From a virus, in UHGV virus genome UHGV-1376088: a stretch of DNA of 64,000 nucleotides, one strand, 5' to 3'. Shown one piece after another: positions 12,101 to 22,200 of this stretch; the first letter of the stretch is position 1; each line of letters begins with the position of its first letter. The notes under the pieces are model-generated. The model was not told where the DNA came from and did not search any database. It saw only the letters and a program-made list of their open reading frames with translations. A program made the translations under genes and the position numbers.

Positions 12101-13248
12101 ACAGAGCCGAAGAACAATTTATTAGAATTATCAAGAGTATTATTGTACAGATCTCCAGGGTTAGTTGAGCCTATAAGAACATCGCCAAGTATTGCATTGT
12201 TAAAGTTTCCTGGATTATCTGGAGTATACCCATCTCTGTGGAAATACTGAGGATGGTCATCACCCTTATGTTTAGATACCCCGAATCCTGGTTGACCTCT
12301 GACATATCTATCTGAAATTAGGTCTACTAATTTGGAATGGCTTAATAGTGCAGATGGGTCTTCCCCGTTATGTGCATGAGAGGTAAATAGTTTATACAGA
12401 AGACCTATACTGTCCCCAACTGTCCAGCTGTTAACATACAGGACGACTTCTGGGCTCTCTGGAAGAGACATCTGTGTCTTAAATTTGAATGTGGAATCAC
12501 TTAGCAGATATACAACTGCGTCAGATACGCGCTGATATCTTTCATCTGATTTAACCCACACTGATACATCTGATGCATTTGCTTCCTTGGTTCCATTAGG
12601 GTCAACGTATGGTTTAACCTTTTCTGGCAAAGAAGGCTGCATACCGTTAGGAACATTGATATCGCCGATTTTTGTTGTCGGCTTTATTGTTACCAAGTAT
12701 GTAGTGTTGTCTAGTTTTTGAACTTCTGACTTTTGCTGTTTTTCCAGCTGCACACTAGTTATATTGGGATAAGTATTTGTAGTGTACTTTTCGTACCCAG
12801 GAACACTTGGGAATTTACCCTTGTATGTCACTGAGAACTGACCCTCTGGGTTCTTATAGAAGTTAAGCCTGCGACCATTAATAGAATAATGGGAGTCATT
12901 GGTCATTGTAGTTTTATCTACTTTTTCATATGACTTACCTGACTGCGCTGTAATGGTCACATCGGACAATGGGACAAGAGTTAATACAAAGTCTTGTGAA
13001 GAGGATCCGCTAAAATTCTCAGTAAAGTCTGTGATTGTTTCTCCGAAAGGTATTTGTGGGGCTAGCGATTCCCCATTACCAAGAGTTCCGGCAAGTGTCC
13101 CATTAAGGGAATTAGACTTGCCACTAAAATTATTGACATCGCCAATATCACCATTAATACGATTGCTAGCTTCCGCAAGCATATTTATCGCATCAATTGT
13201 TCCTTGCTGGGTTATTGTGCTGCCTGAAAGCAGATTTAATTTATCCAT
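9196..13248 (-). CDS. Large tail fiber/spike protein (1350 aa) with many short beta-helix-like repeats (G-rich, S/T/N/D-rich 15-20-aa segments).
   Basis: The translation shows dozens of degenerate repeats (for example ...GNLTADGDVTATNARYTGTATA..., ...GDIVSDGQLRADKGATLLGNSNIGQQGDSITIAGDVIFG...) typical of phage long or short tail fibers and tailspikes. Its position is distal to the baseplate genes. Confidence 0.6.
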   Translation of the reverse strand: MDKLNLLSGSTITQQGTIDAINMLAEASNRINGDIGDVNNFSGKSNSLNGTLAGTLGNGESLAPQIPFGETITDFTENFSGSSSQDFVLTLVPLSDVTITAQSGKSYEKVDKTTMTNDSHYSINGRRLNFYKNPEGQFSVTYKGKFPSVPGYEKYTTNTYPNITSVQLEKQQKSEVQKLDNTTYLVTIKPTTKIGDINVPNGMQPSLPEKVKPYVDPNGTKEANASDVSVWVKSDERYQRVSDAVVYLLSDSTFKFKTQMSLPESPEVVLYVNSWTVGDSIGLLYKLFTSHAHNGEDPSALLSHSKLVDLISDRYVRGQPGFGVSKHKGDDHPQYFHRDGYTPDNPGNFNNAILGDVLIGSTNPGDLYNNTLDNSNKLFFGSVATGASLMYDKDFQGIKLFGTNSGLKINTHSLPSEEKNLYATAIEFDGNKIYSTGDKGDTKNTLNIRAKDGLVKVSKTEEELASIEAKGISVQDASISGTLATKGTGGIKVAKVDFRSQDGNKVEVSSEDTDASVEFKVPVAFDKLAAKSFNPTSIAISGDGAIKFGEDDSSSIKSVNGSATIGGKKPLTIEESGKNTGIRYQRQEGLPFANVYVSAENGGQATQTDHDTYFETGNGDLYFLKDTTKINSIFGTKYGFGELAKDGATRLDNLTLMPRANTFAGIGDFYGIKVRESSLKERQGLHIGPDANIYATGADADCPPGWLVVESRNGVVFAETRAGEMNCSNLSYSEVTTGQLKVFGSASIDKNIGLNGNIDAAGYISAESGEFRTKVSTKEIEVSGNSRFTGKVDFTEDVEITSGLSVGGSISSKNRLSANELAIQSSAIFSGPATFSKQINIEGDIYSRAGFTGAGTISTTGGVNGDSAKFNVATIGQLSVVNKLDARAGISGTGDFVTNGNLTADGDVTATNARYTGTATALMLSIEKDTSIQGDMYVGGKVQLNGDAYIGSDENDKLNVLSNATFNNNRNIFLGDVEMSAPVSIKAELEVIGQSNFNSSIKAKAGLEIDGPINSKSSAEFSALDIKENISSAGNIYAKGDIVSDGQLRADKGATLLGNSNIGQQGDSITIAGDVIFGNEKSTFSGEVLMTDKVTISGETTFNSKINVEGSIKAKGNLEVEGIANVKTIRAEAQSEFKGGIIIDKQADLNSVYIRDKAIVEKDLIVSGGISLQGDITSVPASTATLGQVNVSRGVTQIGASEINSFAGETRFNSTVSVSGKMGVSGAIMTGSERSGVIIENNTIVMNGEASLIKTDSMSVNSIRGDATKTVPITSSNAAMSREANNLSRKKFTTINNAYIEDSMVANGNLYCLGTLFVSGIEVVENEKSKNELNNKSVLNIIARRAKYAP

Positions 13249-14692
13249 TATTGCTACCTATAGTGATAGGGTTATCTATATTTAGATACTCTACGGAGCC
13301 GTCTTCTTCTGTTCCGTAATATACTCTAGTTTCTTCTTGCGGCGCTCCCAATGCAGCTACGATCGAATTTAGTATATTTATATCCGATGCTGCCAGCTCG
13401 TCCTCTCTGATTGGCGTGTATTTAATAATATATCTGCCAGTTGAATTAAGCTTTATCGTACCCGCACTGTCTTTTTCGTAATCAGTGATATCAGTTCTTG
13501 AGTTTCTATGCCCAACTCTAACTACAGATATTGAACTACTATCTATTAGATGAGGAAGAATCACTCTTCTGTTTTTATCATCTACCACTGTTTCTAATGA
13601 ATAGGTGCCTGAGCGTGTATCTTCTTTTACCTTATATACATCTCCATTAGCTACACTATTATACGATATAGGGTTTCCGCCGTCAGCTTTATATTTGCTT
13701 AGTAGTTTTGATTTTATATCACCAATAACAGATACGTCTAGCGCCTCAATTTTTGATTGGACTTCTTTTACCCATTCGGAACTTGCTCTAGATAATGTAT
13801 ATTTGCCAGGTGCAAAAATATGTCTTCTTCCTGGATAATATGTAACGCCGTTTACGTCAATTGGGTCAGATGACTCTATGAAGAAGCTAGATTTGGCATC
13901 TATGACATTTTCAGTAGAGGTTATACTATCGACTGTTTTGTTGTGTATCTCTAATAGGTTTAGAACAACAGAAGGGTCTATAGAGCTTAGATATACTGCA
14001 GGGCCGTTATTGATAATTACCAATGGCGCCAATTTATATTTAACACTTAGCTCAGAACCAGAGTTGTTTATAATAATTCCGGAATACTCATTGATAGTGT
14101 AATTATCAGAACCTTCAACGGTTACATTTGTAACAGGATAATAATCTAGTTTTATAACCTTTTCAGATGAAACTTTTGTTTTCTCTTCGCCAATAACGAT
14201 ATGAGAAATCTCTATTGTAAGCTCTCCGACCTCGTCCAGATTAATACCGTGGTTATGAGAATCCTCTTCTATATGGTCAAGTTCTCCAACTTTTGTTGTA
14301 ACAATATAGTATTCGCTATCTTTTCTATTTTCATACTTTATATAAACAGAATCCGAATTGGTCCCTCTTTTATACACATATGCCGAAACAGGAACATAAG
14401 ACTTTAGCTTTATCTTATTCTTAAGCGGAATGAAACCATACCCAGAAGCAGCAGAAACAGAACCGCTATCCTTTATGAAGGACATAGATCCAGAGCTTAG
14501 CTTACCGAACTCATCGAATAATATCAATTCAGATTCCCATCCAAACTTAGAGACAGATCCGATTGATGTATATGTATCTAAGATTGTGCTTCTATTGTTA
14601 TCAATCTCGGATAACCTAAGTGGAGGATTTCTGTATTCTGATGATATGCCAGCCCTAGATCCAACTTTCATATTATAAGTTAATGTAGGCAT
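13241..14692 (-). CDS. Hypothetical virion protein (483 aa), fiber or baseplate-associated.
   Basis: Long ORF overlapping both neighbours. Confidence 0.45.
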   Translation of the reverse strand: MPTLTYNMKVGSRAGISSEYRNPPLRLSEIDNNRSTILDTYTSIGSVSKFGWESELILFDEFGKLSSGSMSFIKDSGSVSAASGYGFIPLKNKIKLKSYVPVSAYVYKRGTNSDSVYIKYENRKDSEYYIVTTKVGELDHIEEDSHNHGINLDEVGELTIEISHIVIGEEKTKVSSEKVIKLDYYPVTNVTVEGSDNYTINEYSGIIINNSGSELSVKYKLAPLVIINNGPAVYLSSIDPSVVLNLLEIHNKTVDSITSTENVIDAKSSFFIESSDPIDVNGVTYYPGRRHIFAPGKYTLSRASSEWVKEVQSKIEALDVSVIGDIKSKLLSKYKADGGNPISYNSVANGDVYKVKEDTRSGTYSLETVVDDKNRRVILPHLIDSSSISVVRVGHRNSRTDITDYEKDSAGTIKLNSTGRYIIKYTPIREDELAASDINILNSIVAALGAPQEETRVYYGTEEDGSVEYLNIDNPITIGSNNG

Positions 14693-15302
14693 TATCTCTT
14701 CCGTATGTCTTTAGATTAAAATCAACTATGGCATCATTAACTTGATTTATATCCTTGATTCTTGCTGTATCTCTTATAACGTTTGCATCTGCAACTGACA
14801 GTATAAATGTTTTTGCTCTATGCAAACTCTCTATTTCTACAGGTAACTCCGAGCTTTCTGAAAAGTATTTTCTATTACCGTCTATGGTATTATTACTCAG
14901 TATGGTTATTTCAACATTTTCGTTGTAGCTACCAATAAGTCCTTTTGCAATATATTCAGATACGAGTGATGCTACGTATATGGGAGATCTTTTCGCTTCT
15001 GTTGTAACTAAATCTACATTTGAATAATTTGTAATGGATATTGCCGGAAGGTTTTCCATTCCTTTGAATACCTTTACAGTGATGCCTTTATCTTTTAGTA
15101 GTTTAAATAGCTTACCAACAGTTAAACCTTTTAGATCAACACGCTCGCCATTGATATTTATAATCCCATCATACACTGAAATAATCATATCAGTATTATA
15201 GATTGCGATGGCAGGATAAGTCTCTCCGATTGAATTAATATATGACGGAGAAACCTCTGCCCGTTCAAACGGATCGATATTAATTATTTCGGTTTTAATC
15301 AC
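14673..15302 (-). CDS. Hypothetical virion protein (209 aa).
   Basis: ORF in the baseplate region, with a 4-nt overlap to the upstream gene. Confidence 0.4.
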   Translation of the reverse strand: MIKTEIINIDPFERAEVSPSYINSIGETYPAIAIYNTDMIISVYDGIININGERVDLKGLTVGKLFKLLKDKGITVKVFKGMENLPAISITNYSNVDLVTTEAKRSPIYVASLVSEYIAKGLIGSYNENVEITILSNNTIDGNRKYFSESSELPVEIESLHRAKTFILSVADANVIRDTARIKDINQVNDAIVDFNLKTYGRDNAYINL

Positions 15303-16726
15303 GATACTTTTATCCTTCTATAATCTGAATCTAATGCAATCCTTGAACTGTTATATCTGGAATAAATATGTCTTAATGGCCTAACCTTATAGACGGATCC
15401 ATTTCTTACCACATATAGCTCTTTGTTATACAGATACATCGCTGTGCATCCGCCAATGATGTCACGATACTGCGAAAGCATTTGCGCAACCATTGTCGTA
15501 TAAGTGTTTCCATCTTCATCTTCAACTTTAAAGATATATGGATCTTTATTGTCACACATGATCGCAATATTAATAATGTCGGCTGTAATGCGAGCATCAA
15601 TCCATGTATTCTCGTCTGACATCAGGTTTCCAAATCTATCGACATAATATAGAGTGTCGCCGTTTTTAACAGATATCCTAATATTATTGCTACTAGATTT
15701 GGCTGCTATTTCATGAGCTTTAACTCTTGCTCTGATAACTGACCCAACCCTATGTTCGTAATCTTCCAGATAGACATACTCGTTATTATTCATTGAACCG
15801 TCAGCGATTGTATCTTCTGATAAATTGAAAGTAGGTTTTGCAATACCTAGCCAGCCAGCTTCATCTATTGTATATACGTCCAATATTGATGATATAAAGC
15901 CGAACCTTTCCGGTACCTCCATATCATATTGGCCAATTGGAGATCCTAACTCTTTTTCTTTATCTACAATAAAGACGGTCTCTTCATCAAAGAGTAAACC
16001 AACATCCAAGAATGTTCCATCTAAATCTGTGACTCTATTTGGAACAGTTTCTTTTGTTACTATGGAGTGTTCGTCTTGGCAATCAACATAGTTTGCAATA
16101 TCAATTTTTATGGGCGTTTGAACTGAACAAATTTCTGAAAACTCGTTAAATGATTCAAATACGCCTTTATGATTTACAGTGATAGACTCTGTTATGTATT
16201 TGTAGTCTTTTGTGTAGCCACTAATTGTAACTGGAATATTTTCTATTCCGCCGCCAGATATAATGTATAGTCTATTGGGAGAAACAAATCTTAGATTTAG
16301 ATGGGTTTCTCCAGTCTCTAAGTTTACAAAGAATGAATCTTCTAACCAGTTTGACTGATCTTCTGTTAGCTCCACTCCGGCCGCCGGGTACAGCCCGAAG
16401 AATTCCTCTCCGTACTGCCCTACGTTTTCTAGAATAGAAGTGCCGATATATTCAACACTTCCATCGCTCTTAATGATTCTTGTAGTTTCAGATTCTATTT
16501 TCTTATACTCGCCATAAGATGGAATCGTGTATAGCTTAGAGTATGTATCTAGACCTGATTGTCTATATCTGGTGTTTATTAAATTTGATGAATATTCGAT
16601 ATTTGAATTTATGATATCAGATATAGGAGATAATACTCTTCCTACATTTGAATATGGTGATAGATATGGAGTTGACCACTTTGCGAAATATTTTGTTAGA
16701 AGATTGAGCGATAAATTCTGTTTCAC
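15299..16726 (-). CDS. Putative baseplate wedge protein (475 aa), by position downstream of the J-like gene.
   Basis: Gene order after the gp25-like and gp6/J-like genes resembles the W-J-I arrangement of myovirus baseplates. No sequence motif to confirm. Confidence 0.35.
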   Translation of the reverse strand: MKQNLSLNLLTKYFAKWSTPYLSPYSNVGRVLSPISDIINSNIEYSSNLINTRYRQSGLDTYSKLYTIPSYGEYKKIESETTRIIKSDGSVEYIGTSILENVGQYGEEFFGLYPAAGVELTEDQSNWLEDSFFVNLETGETHLNLRFVSPNRLYIISGGGIENIPVTISGYTKDYKYITESITVNHKGVFESFNEFSEICSVQTPIKIDIANYVDCQDEHSIVTKETVPNRVTDLDGTFLDVGLLFDEETVFIVDKEKELGSPIGQYDMEVPERFGFISSILDVYTIDEAGWLGIAKPTFNLSEDTIADGSMNNNEYVYLEDYEHRVGSVIRARVKAHEIAAKSSSNNIRISVKNGDTLYYVDRFGNLMSDENTWIDARITADIINIAIMCDNKDPYIFKVEDEDGNTYTTMVAQMLSQYRDIIGGCTAMYLYNKELYVVRNGSVYKVRPLRHIYSRYNSSRIALDSDYRRIKVS

Positions 16727-17865
16727 TCTGGTGCCCCTTGTGCTTCTGCATCTGAGAATACGACAACATATGGGCCATCAATAGCAAGGGTGCCATTAGA
16801 TTGCGATCCAATGATACCAAGCTTGTTATGAGATGTTATAAACCTATCGACTGTAACTCCGATGCCTGATTCAGTGATCCTATTGTTAAGATCGTCAATA
16901 TTAACGGTTTTTGAGAATGGAGTATAAATGCTATTAAACGCATCGGCCATTGCAGCCATAGCCATATCCTCTGTTACATTTTTATATGTATACAAAGGAG
17001 AGAGTCTAATTACTTCTGCTTCATGAACCTCTATTCTCTGTTCTGCTGATAACTTATAATCAGCTCTTGATCTAATAGCGGAAACTATTGCCTCGAAGTT
17101 TTGTTCAGCCTGATTCAAAAGCGTTTTTGATGTTGCAATATAAACCCGAGTTACACCAAGAGATTTATCTTCCTCTATGCTGTAATATTTTATCAGAGGT
17201 ATTGAGGATACAATCCCTGCCAATGCAGCATTGCTTGATCCGTGTGTTTTATTTTTAGCCAGGAATACTCTACTTCTAAGCTGTATATCTGACTCTTCGT
17301 ATAGTCGATTATGTATCGGCTTCTTAAAACGAAGAAGCACGCCGGTAGTGTAGATATTGTCCTTACTAAAAATATCAATATGTGTATTGGTTTTAATATC
17401 AGATTGGGAGTTTGAAATAACTCTTGCTGCCACCGGAATAGATGTTTCACTTACAGAAATATAGGTATCTTTCAGGACCTCGATTACAGACGATCCGATC
17501 TTATATTGTTTTCCAGCCTTAATTGCTAATTTTCCATCGGCAAATTTAGGGAATGAAATTCCATTTTCAGGTTCAAGGACAATCGCTGCATCCTGCTCAT
17601 CAACATAGATGTCAGAGTAAATATCTCTGACAACACCGAATTCAAGAGCATTGTTTGTAAGAGTCTCTCCGACAGCAAGCTCTGTATATGTGCTATTAAT
17701 AAGGCCGTTTGAATATTTAATTGAGTCTGATACAACTCCACCGATAGATTCGGCTATCCCCGACATTATTGATGACCGGCTGTCATTATTAATTCCTGTA
17801 ACTTCAGCCATCTTCTGAAGAATACGTCTTTTTGTAAATGTAGGATTAGTAATTTCACTAAACAT
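16723..17865 (-). CDS. Putative baseplate J/gp6-like protein (380 aa).
   Basis: Size and position immediately after a ~139-aa gp25/W-like gene. A weak call from synteny only. Confidence 0.35.
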   Translation of the reverse strand: MFSEITNPTFTKRRILQKMAEVTGINNDSRSSIMSGIAESIGGVVSDSIKYSNGLINSTYTELAVGETLTNNALEFGVVRDIYSDIYVDEQDAAIVLEPENGISFPKFADGKLAIKAGKQYKIGSSVIEVLKDTYISVSETSIPVAARVISNSQSDIKTNTHIDIFSKDNIYTTGVLLRFKKPIHNRLYEESDIQLRSRVFLAKNKTHGSSNAALAGIVSSIPLIKYYSIEEDKSLGVTRVYIATSKTLLNQAEQNFEAIVSAIRSRADYKLSAEQRIEVHEAEVIRLSPLYTYKNVTEDMAMAAMADAFNSIYTPFSKTVNIDDLNNRITESGIGVTVDRFITSHNKLGIIGSQSNGTLAIDGPYVVVFSDAEAQGAPE

Positions 17866-18277
17866 ATCTAATTCCTCCAGAAGGACTAAATACTATATTT
17901 AATTCATTCTCTCTGCTTGTTAAAAAATCTCCTGTTGTACCAACTGATATCTTAAAGAAGATTTTATCTCTATCTAGAATTGGTATAACAGACAGCTGAG
18001 ATGCATTTAAAAAATTATCTGATGTTAACGAATCAACAATTGATCGTTGTATCTCCGTGGCAAGTCCCTGATTTATCTTTCTGCCTATAAATGACTGTAA
18101 ATTCGCACCATATAACCTATGCAAAAACAAGTCTCTATGGTTAGTCATAATTCTATGCGCGGAGTTTTGAACAACGATGTCGTTTTCATTTCTTGTTGAT
18201 TTAATATCATATCCGCTAAATAATATATCTCCATATTTATCCATACGGAGATCTCTTTGTATATTTTTAGAATACAT
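17858..18277 (-). CDS. Putative baseplate wedge gp25/GPW-like protein (139 aa).
   Basis: The ~130-140-aa size is typical. The segment RIMTNHRDLFLHRLYGANLQSFIGRKINQGLATEIQRSIVDSL loosely fits the GPW/gp25 pattern. It also sits between the giant proteins and the J-like gene. Confidence 0.4.
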   Translation of the reverse strand: MYSKNIQRDLRMDKYGDILFSGYDIKSTRNENDIVVQNSAHRIMTNHRDLFLHRLYGANLQSFIGRKINQGLATEIQRSIVDSLTSDNFLNASQLSVIPILDRDKIFFKISVGTTGDFLTSRENELNIVFSPSGGIRYV

Positions 18278-18603
18278 TAGAATATCCCTGTAATAGTGCT
18301 TACTACTATAGAGTTTAAAGCTTGTTGTGTTCCAATATTTTTTGTAGGAACTGTAACCTCAAATGTTGGGACTGGTGTAATTATAGTAGATGGCATACCA
18401 GACAGGGCAACTGGGTTGAATTTATAGAAACTGCCAAATGTCATTGATGTTGGAGATGATGATACAGAAAACGGGCCGTTAATAAACGTCCCGTAATCTT
18501 TGTGAACTGAAACAGACATTGAGCCTGCTGATACTGCAGTCACATCCTCTCTTACATCTACGACTGTTGAACTTGTTGGTGATGGTCTTAGTATAAGAGA
18601 CAT
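18277..18603 (-). CDS. Hypothetical small baseplate-region protein (108 aa).
   Basis: ORF coupled by overlap to its neighbours. No PAAR or other motif recognised. Confidence 0.35.
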   Translation of the reverse strand: MSLILRPSPTSSTVVDVREDVTAVSAGSMSVSVHKDYGTFINGPFSVSSSPTSMTFGSFYKFNPVALSGMPSTIITPVPTFEVTVPTKNIGTQQALNSIVVSTITGIF

Positions 18604-19286
18604 TAACTACGTCCTGTAAAAACTGTTGCGGGCATGTAGCAGTCTTTTTGTCTGGTTTCTTTTTGCACATCTAATATTGTGTATTTCTTATCAATACGAG
18701 ATGAAAAGTCCACGTATTGGGATTGGTGTGCTGGTGCAGCTACAAACATACTCTGCTCTGAGCCATAGACACCGACTGCGCCCTTATGGAATCTTGGGTC
18801 ATAAACCTCGCTCTGTATGACTTCTAAATTCTTAGAAGCCTCATTGCTCATTGTTTTAACTTCTTTCTTTGTTAATTGGTCTATTATACCATCCTTATTC
18901 CTAGATCGCAAATCAAATAACTCTCGCCTAGTCATAATTCGTGAGTCTGAGTTATTGATAATCGTAGCGCCCTCTGGAAATCCTGTTGATGTAAAGAACA
19001 CCATAACTCTACAGTCGATAAGCGTTTTAGGATCAACCGCTTGTATTGAGCTATTGATATTTATTGGTATAAGTAACTCTGCCATAGTTGCAGTGCTTTC
19101 GGGAGCATATCTAGGTAATCCGACTAGATGTCTTCCGCAGTTTACCGTGTTGCCCATCATATCGAGCATCGGTTCCCCTTCGAGCCTTATTACAGCAAAT
19201 AGCTGAGTTCCTTGAATGGAAATAGATTGTATGGAGCCGACTCTTGTAAAGTCAGCCCCAGATTTATTTACTAGGGCTGTTGACAT
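18603..19286 (-). CDS. Hypothetical protein (227 aa), possibly a baseplate hub or spike component.
   Basis: Lies immediately downstream of the giant tape-measure-like gene, where hub or spike genes usually sit. No motif recognised. Confidence 0.3.
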   Translation of the reverse strand: MSTALVNKSGADFTRVGSIQSISIQGTQLFAVIRLEGEPMLDMMGNTVNCGRHLVGLPRYAPESTATMAELLIPININSSIQAVDPKTLIDCRVMVFFTSTGFPEGATIINNSDSRIMTRRELFDLRSRNKDGIIDQLTKKEVKTMSNEASKNLEVIQSEVYDPRFHKGAVGVYGSEQSMFVAAPAHQSQYVDFSSRIDKKYTILDVQKETRQKDCYMPATVFTGRS

Positions 19287-19287
19287 A

Positions 19288-22200
19288 TTAATCCGTAGCT
19301 AATTTGAAATATAAGGCATATTGGGAACCATCATACCCAGCACGCATTGTAGCCTCGTTGATGTCGCCCAAAGCTCTAATTGATTCTATCACTGTATTCG
19401 CCTGTAATTCTAATGGAGTTTCTGTATCGTTCCATCCGGTAAGCCCCGCGGTGTATTCTTGGCCATACACTTTTACTGGAAACTTCATCAATGCTCTATG
19501 CCTCATTTCAAGTTTAAGGGCATATGATTCTATTAGATTTTGAACCATAGCTAATGCACCATATACCAGTACAACTACTAGTGCTGATACTGCTGCTGTG
19601 GCTATAAAGCCTCCTGCTGCATATCCCATTGCTGCTGTAGCTACTGCTCTACCTCCTGCTGCAAAACCTCTTACAGCTGATATTACTCTTGCTGCCCTTG
19701 GCAATACCTGTAGTGCTTTTGAGCCTACAGATGAACCAAAAGACATTGCTGTATGGGCTAATGAGCGAACCCATCCTGCTCCGGCGACTGCTTTACCGGC
19801 CCGTGCAGCTAAGGATAATCCTTTTGAGGCTTTACCTAAAATAGATCCTCCGAATACACGACTAGCAGCTCCGTATGTTGATGCAGTCAATAGGCCTCCG
19901 AGTGCGACATTGCCCACGCCAAGAAGATAAACAGATGCACCAAGGTCAGTTGGCTCGAATGCGGTCTGATCGTAGATGAGCCCCGGAATTGTTTCTGCGC
20001 TTGACACCTGAGCATACTCGGAAGCAGCAGTCGAAACGAAGTTCATGAAGATTCCAAGTTTCATATATAGATTTGAATACATATGAGTTGATGGCTCTAC
20101 AAACATACCCGGTGTAATAATTGTAATGTATCCATCGAAGTCCGTGAATACATGTTGAACTTCTCGGCATTTTATTACGCCAGACATATTTCTTAAGTCG
20201 TCCTGAATAAATGCATAATCTCCTGGCTGAACATCTGGGTTTCCAGTAATGATAATTGCGCCATTGTACATTTTTTCCAGTTCTTCTAATAGGTATCCTT
20301 GGGCAGTCTTAATTGCCATTCCTACAGAACTAATGGAGTTATCGTTAACATATCCGAACTTAGTAAGTGAACCTTTAAGTCCGCCATTCGCCTTCATATC
20401 GAATATATCTTCTCCGTATCCAAAATCTTCTGGATCCGAATTGTATTCAACTTTAGCGCCTGTTATACAGTTTTGATCCAATTTCATCTGATTAGAAATC
20501 AAATTGTAGGAACTGTTGAACATATGGAAATTAGTTGCAGGAACATAAGATGAGATGTCTACATATTGATCTGCCTTTGCGGCATCTAATAGTTCAATTA
20601 TGTCTGAGCCGTTAGATTTCAATGTTTGCTCACCTATGACATTAATCCTGTCTTTCATATGGTTTTCTACATATGAGTTACCAATACCAGTTGTGTCTCC
20701 AGCTAGGGCTTCTTCTGCCTCTTTCTTGAAGTCAGCTTTCTTCTGTACCTTTGATAAAAACTCTGCGGCTAATGATGTTGGCTTTTCTTTGCCTATCATC
20801 ATTTGCTCTTTGATTCCAGAGAATGTCGTTGAGCGGCCCTCTATATTTTTAACTAACAATACAGATGATGGGAACATTCTTCTGCCTGTGGTTAGAACAT
20901 CCCAAACCGTTTTATTGACAACATTAAAATTAGAAAAGAAGTCATTTAAAGAGAATGGGAATAAATCTTTCAGACTTGTAACGAAGAATCTGTCTGCCAT
21001 ATCGACATTCATCAGCCAGAAGTTCTCTAGGCTCTCTGTTGCACCTTTTGCTGAGTAAAAGAAGTATTCATCGAGCTGTGAATTCCAAAGAGAATTACTA
21101 AATCCTATACCGCTGTCGCCAACAGTATTTGAAGCAAGAGTTTCATTGGCCATTCCTCTTACGTCTCTAAAGTTATTGTTATCTGCGAACCATCTTGGGT
21201 TTCTACCAAAACTATCAAGATTAGCAGACTTAAGAACTTTTGCTACTGCTGCAGATACGTATAGGTTATCAATATCTGATAAGAATGAGAATGTTGGTAC
21301 TACGTCTCCAATAAATAATTGCTCGTTCTGCAATTCTCTTCCGTAGCCCTCGGCAACAATTGTTAGGATTTCTCCGCCATCAGACTCTGTAACAATGCCG
21401 TTAAATACAACAGACAGTTTGTTTGGATCGTTTCCATAGCCCATTCTGATCTGAATTTTATTACCGGCCTTAAGTCTGATTTGATCCATTGAAATAATAC
21501 GCGCGGCATCGGAATTTAGTGAGCGTATATCTATATGCTCAGATTTCAGTGCCCTAATTTCTTTTGGGTCGGAAGCCGTATTGAGAGCATTTAGAACTTC
21601 AAATGTAGCAACAGCAACAGGGTTATCCTGATTAGCCATCTCTACACGAATATTCCTAACAGCAGGAACTTCATAGTATGATGCGTGTTGACGATAGTTT
21701 ATCAGATTTATTAAGCTGTTTTCGTCATTACCGTGAACCATATAGACCTTATATGTTGGGATTAATTTCTGAATCCCTCGATTAAGGTCCTTAACAAAGT
21801 TTTCAAGTCTCGATTTTGCTTGAATCTCTTCTGTCCATGGCACCGGGTCAACTACAGCTTCAATTGGATCTTTCTCTCGTCCTGCATATAGCTCGTTTAC
21901 ATAGCTTGCTGCAACATCGGAGACGCTCTCTCCGGAAGCAACTCTAGCCAGTGCTGTTGATGCAACGGACTCTTCTTGTGCCTGCTCTTTGGACTTACCA
22001 CTAGAAAGAGATTTAACATAGGCTGCCCTTGCGGCAAGTAGTGCCTGTCTAACCCTCTCTGGTGTATATCCGGAATGAACCTTATCACCTTTTGCACTAG
22101 CAGAGCGACCATCCGGCATAGGGATAGATCTCCACTCTAATGCAAACTCTCTATGAGCTTTATCGAGATCATTGCTTTCGCCTCTGATATATGCACCCAG

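Noticed and set aside
20730-20760. An NGEDGDQ segment near the N-terminus of the 1964-aa protein as a second RNAP-like DxDGD motif.
   Set aside because: Only two of the three Asp positions fit. The flanking context does not resemble a DPBB motif. Treated as chance.
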